From NCBI GenBank assembly GCA_051313645.2, contig JBNRSN020000010.1, positions 199,020,001 to 199,084,000 on the forward strand: a stretch of 64,000 bases of DNA, given 5' to 3'. The stretch is from Centroscyllium fabricii. Its lineage: Eukaryota. This document shows, one piece after another, positions 60,628 to 64,000 of the stretch (positions within the stretch are counted from its first letter, which is position 1; each line of letters opens with the position of its first letter). Both the position numbers and the translations under genes were made by a program. The notes under the pieces are model-generated. The model was not told the DNA's origin. It saw nothing but the letters and a program-made list of their open reading frames with translations, and did not search any database.

Positions 60628-61301
60628 CTTTGGCCTGAATTCCCCCCCCCCCCCCCCCCCCCCCCCCACTACTCCCTGCCCCGGCCACCCAGCGGGTTCC
60701 CTATCTCAGTCAGGTCATCAATCCCAGAGGTGCAAGATCTAGTTAGAGCTGAGTGCCTCGTGATATTACGTGCCATGTCTCCTCCAGATGGTTTAAGTTA
60801 AGGTGAATGCCAAGTGATCTTGTGCACATCACTGTTTAACCATAGCTGCACACAAATGCAGGTAAATAAAAACCATTTATATAGAAAGAATTTAGCCAGG
60901 CTAAAGCAAATTGAATGGGCTTGGTCCTTCTGAGGAACCTCGTCCTACCCCTGGGACCTGGCTCAGACAGTGATCCGTGGAGGCAATTGCATTGAGTTGA
61001 ATGTAAAACCCTCTCAAACTACGGTGTTACATAGGGAGCAGAGGGTAGAAAATAAATAAGTTTGAAATCTGGAATGTACTGTCACCTTAAGTAGATCAGC
61101 CGATCACAAAATGAAAACTTGACTTTAGGCCCTAAGCTCTGGAATTCCTTCCCTAAAACCTCTCCGCTTCTCGTTCCTCCTTGAAATCACTTCTTAAAAC
61201 CCATCTCTTTGACCAAGCCGGTCTGAATATCTCTGGATGTGGCTCAGGGTCAAACCTTGTCTGCTATCGCTCCTGTGAAGCACCTTGGGATATTTTACTA
61301 T

Positions 61302-61591
61302 TGTGGTGATACAGTTTACCACTAATGCTGTACTGTATATAGTTATCTGGACACTAACACTGTATTATACATGGTTACCTCTTGTCCACCTGAGGTCTAC
61401 CTGGGATGCCTTCAGCCGGCTCCGCCTCCTGGCTCCACCCACAGGCTGCCGTATAAAGGTCATAGCCCTGCTGACCTTGTGGCATTCCAGGACCGGTTAG
61501 TAACAAGACAAGACCTGTACTCCAGTTCTTAGTTTATAAAAGCCTCAGTTGTATTCTTAACTTCGTCTTGAGTATAATTGATCGTGCATCA
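61302..61591 (+). mobile_element. Solo LTR, family B, inside an L2 tail
   Basis: TGTGGT...GCATCA. TSD actat. Confidence 0.9.
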
Positions 61592-62214
61592 ACTATGTTA
61601 AAGGTGCTATATAAATGCAAACTGTTGTTGTTGTTGTTTACTCTTTGATGAAGTAATAGGCGACCCGCGCTATTCTGAAATGTTAGGAACGTGGCTTTAT
61701 GTTGAGCCTGCTGACTCTTAGAAAGCTTGACACATGTTGAGGCTGCTGTGTAAGATGAATTAAATTCTTCCCCTACCATTGCATTCTTAAACTGGAGCAA
61801 GTCAAGTTGCTATATAGGCAGAGGAGTTAATGCGTCTTTCTCTTGCACAGCAAGCAGTCCTGTCATTAACTGGTTTCCCATAATCCCACTGGTCTGGGGG
61901 TTGGATTGACGTCATCAGGACATCAATCAGCAACAACAGAACATCCTCCTCTGTTAACTGCTTGACGTACTGGCTGAACTTTCCCAGTAGATGTACAGAA
62001 TGAAGGCTGAATGCTAATTACTCTTTAACGCAAAAGTAATTTTAGCTGCTGGCGTGTGCTTGGGATGCTCTAGGGTGGGGTGGCATGGTGCGATGTTATG
62101 TAAGCAGTTTAGATGAGTGAAGACCCATAAAACTTGCACGATGGCTCTTAACCCTTTCTACCCTGGCCATGCTCCAAATTGCACCCGAGTTCTGATTCAA
62201 CCGAACATGTGAGA

Positions 62215-63650
62215 GACGCGAAATAACAACAGAAAATGCTGGAAAAACTCAGCAGGCCAGGCGACATCCGTGGAGAGTGAAACAGAGCCAACGTTTCGGG
62301 TCGGGACCCTTTGTCAAGACTGAAAGAGCAAGGAAATGAAACAGATTAGAAGGCCAGTAGGGGGCTGGGAGAGAACAAAGAGAAGAGAAGAGACATTAAG
62401 AGGTATTCAAAGCGGGACGAGTTGGTGATAGGACTAGAGGAGACAAAAGACGGCTCTAGATTAGGTGTGAAATGTTCTGGCAGAATGAGTGACAGCTGCC
62501 ATGTGGGAGAAAGAAAAAAAAGGAGGGGGAGGGCCAAAACAAACGTGTGGATAAAAAAATCAGTAAAAATATAATCGGGGCTGAGGTTATGATCTGAAAT
62601 TGTTGAACTCGATATTGAGTCCGGAGGGCTGTAAAGTGCCTAATCGGAAGATGAGGTGTTGTTCCTGGAGCTTACGCTGAGCTTCTCCGTGGGACAATGT
62701 AAAAGGCCGAGGACTTTTTCAGTCTTGACAAAGGGTCCGGACCCGAAACGTTGGTGGGGGGGTGATTTCGCCGGAAGGGCGGGAACCTGGCGGGGATTGG
62801 TCTGGGCCGCCTGCCCAAACAGCTGGGAAGGCCACGCAATTTTAGTTTAATTAGGTTGTTAAATCCACGCCGGCGGCAGCGGGAGGTAATTAGGTCAATC
62901 GAGTCGGGCTGCATCGGGGCTGCGAGGAGTTTGATTGACAGTTCCAGCACTGGTTGTTGACAGTTCCCATGGAAACACTCCACTGTGCCATCACAGTGGA
63001 GTGGAACCAATGGGTACAGTCAAGTGCTGGTGACTGACAGGTGGGCGGGCGGGCCCAGAATTCTTGACAGCTCGCAGCGGCTGTGAGGAAATGTTCAGAA
63101 CTGAGATTTCTCAGTTTCTGCTCACAGCTGCTGCAGCCACAGCGGAGTTACTTACTCCTCTAAGGTGCTGGAGGCATTCCAAGCATTTGGCAGCATGTCC
63201 TTCACACCTTGAAGGAGAAAGTTATAACCAGTGCTGTGCTCCCGCTGGGTTTCACCTAGCGGGGTTTAAGGTGACGGGGTTAGGGCGGGAAACAGGGCAA
63301 AATGGCTGAGGGCCCTTAAAATGGCATTAAAGATGCCAATTAAGGGCCTTTAACGAGGTGACAACCCATCCCCACCGGCCGGCGGCGGGAAGGTTTCGGG
63401 GCGGGGAATCTGGGCGGGGGAAAATGAGAAAGCGGCAGGGATACGGCGGGGGTGAGTGGGACCTGCCGGTTCCGCTATTTTGCCAGCCGGGCCGCCAAAA
63501 ACCCCGCCTCATGGGGCCATGAAAATCCCCCCCCCCGCCCCCCGTTGACTCCTATTTCTCTCTTCACGGATGTTGCCTGGCCTGCTGAGTTTTTCCAGCA
63601 TTTTCTGTTGTTATTTCATATTTCCAGCATCTGCAGTATTTTGCTATCGT
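62215..63650 (-). mobile_element. Penelope-like element with inverted pLTR
   Basis: Minus-strand EAQRKLQEQHLIFRLGTLQPSGLNIEFNNFRS* plus pLTR (62215-62715). Inverted pLTR at 62716-62752 and 63544-63650. Confidence 0.8.
62753..63543. mobile_element. Family Y MITE inserted at the hammerhead cleavage triplet
   Basis: G-rich/C-rich ends (gggtgattt / aaaatcccc). TSD GTT at 62750-62752 / 63544-63546. Confidence 0.8.
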
Positions 63651-63671
63651 ATGTGAGAGACATGTGTGTGT

Positions 63672-63702
<31 letters not shown>

Positions 63703-64000
63703 GCCTGAGTCATGTAGACCTAATTTGCATTGCAACACTGCCTCTGCAACAATATAGAACTAAATCCTTGCCTTTATACAGTGCCTTAGCAAATCATTAA
63801 AACATCTCAAAGTGCTTTACACAATGAATTCCTGTTTTTTGGAACATAGTGACTTATTATGGGACTAACAGTGCTCAGAAGAGATAACAACGCCAGGGTT
63901 GAGATTTAACTTGCGCTGTGGCGCAAATGGGGTGGTAGCATGCCATGTGATTGAAAGGAACATCGGGCGGGGTGTGTAATGTCCTGGGCGAGACGCTGCT

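Noticed and set aside
9443-64000. Further neurexin exons (LNS6, AGATYIFG...)
   Set aside because: Not found by eye or in the ORF track. This is consistent with a very long intron, but a short exon could have been missed.
1-64000. Antisense orientation bias of LINEs and SINEs
   Set aside because: Minus-strand copies are somewhat more common, but the counts are small and non-independent because of nesting.

Overview
Repeat-dense vertebrate genomic DNA with three N gaps. It is probably from a shark or ray, judging from HE1-like V-SINEs, SacSINE1-like DeuSINEs and HER1/CR1 LINEs. The only host coding exon I can support is the first, beta-specific exon of neurexin-3 (NRXN3 beta, 9214-9442, +, phase-1 donor), so the window is probably intronic in NRXN3. 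I did not find the next shared exon (AGATYIFG...). The rest is nested mobile DNA: CR1, L2 and RTE LINE pieces, tRNA- and 5S-headed SINEs, Penelope-like elements (PLEs) with minimal hammerhead ribozymes, short solo LTRs with 5-bp TSDs, a Gypsy pol fragment, TA-flanked and 3-bp-TSD MITEs, and three tandem arrays. The most notable observations are: (1) two MITEs sit at the same GTT cleavage triplet of hammerhead motifs in separate PLE copies; (2) a SINE-Gypsy chimeric retrocopy; (3) MITEs packed with NRF1/YY1 motifs; (4) a ~415-bp fold-back; (5) an optional structured module in a CR1 3'UTR; (6) stop-start-coupled uORFs overlapping the NRXN3 beta start codon. Family names come from recognising sequence by eye, not from database searches, and repeat boundaries without TSDs are approximate.
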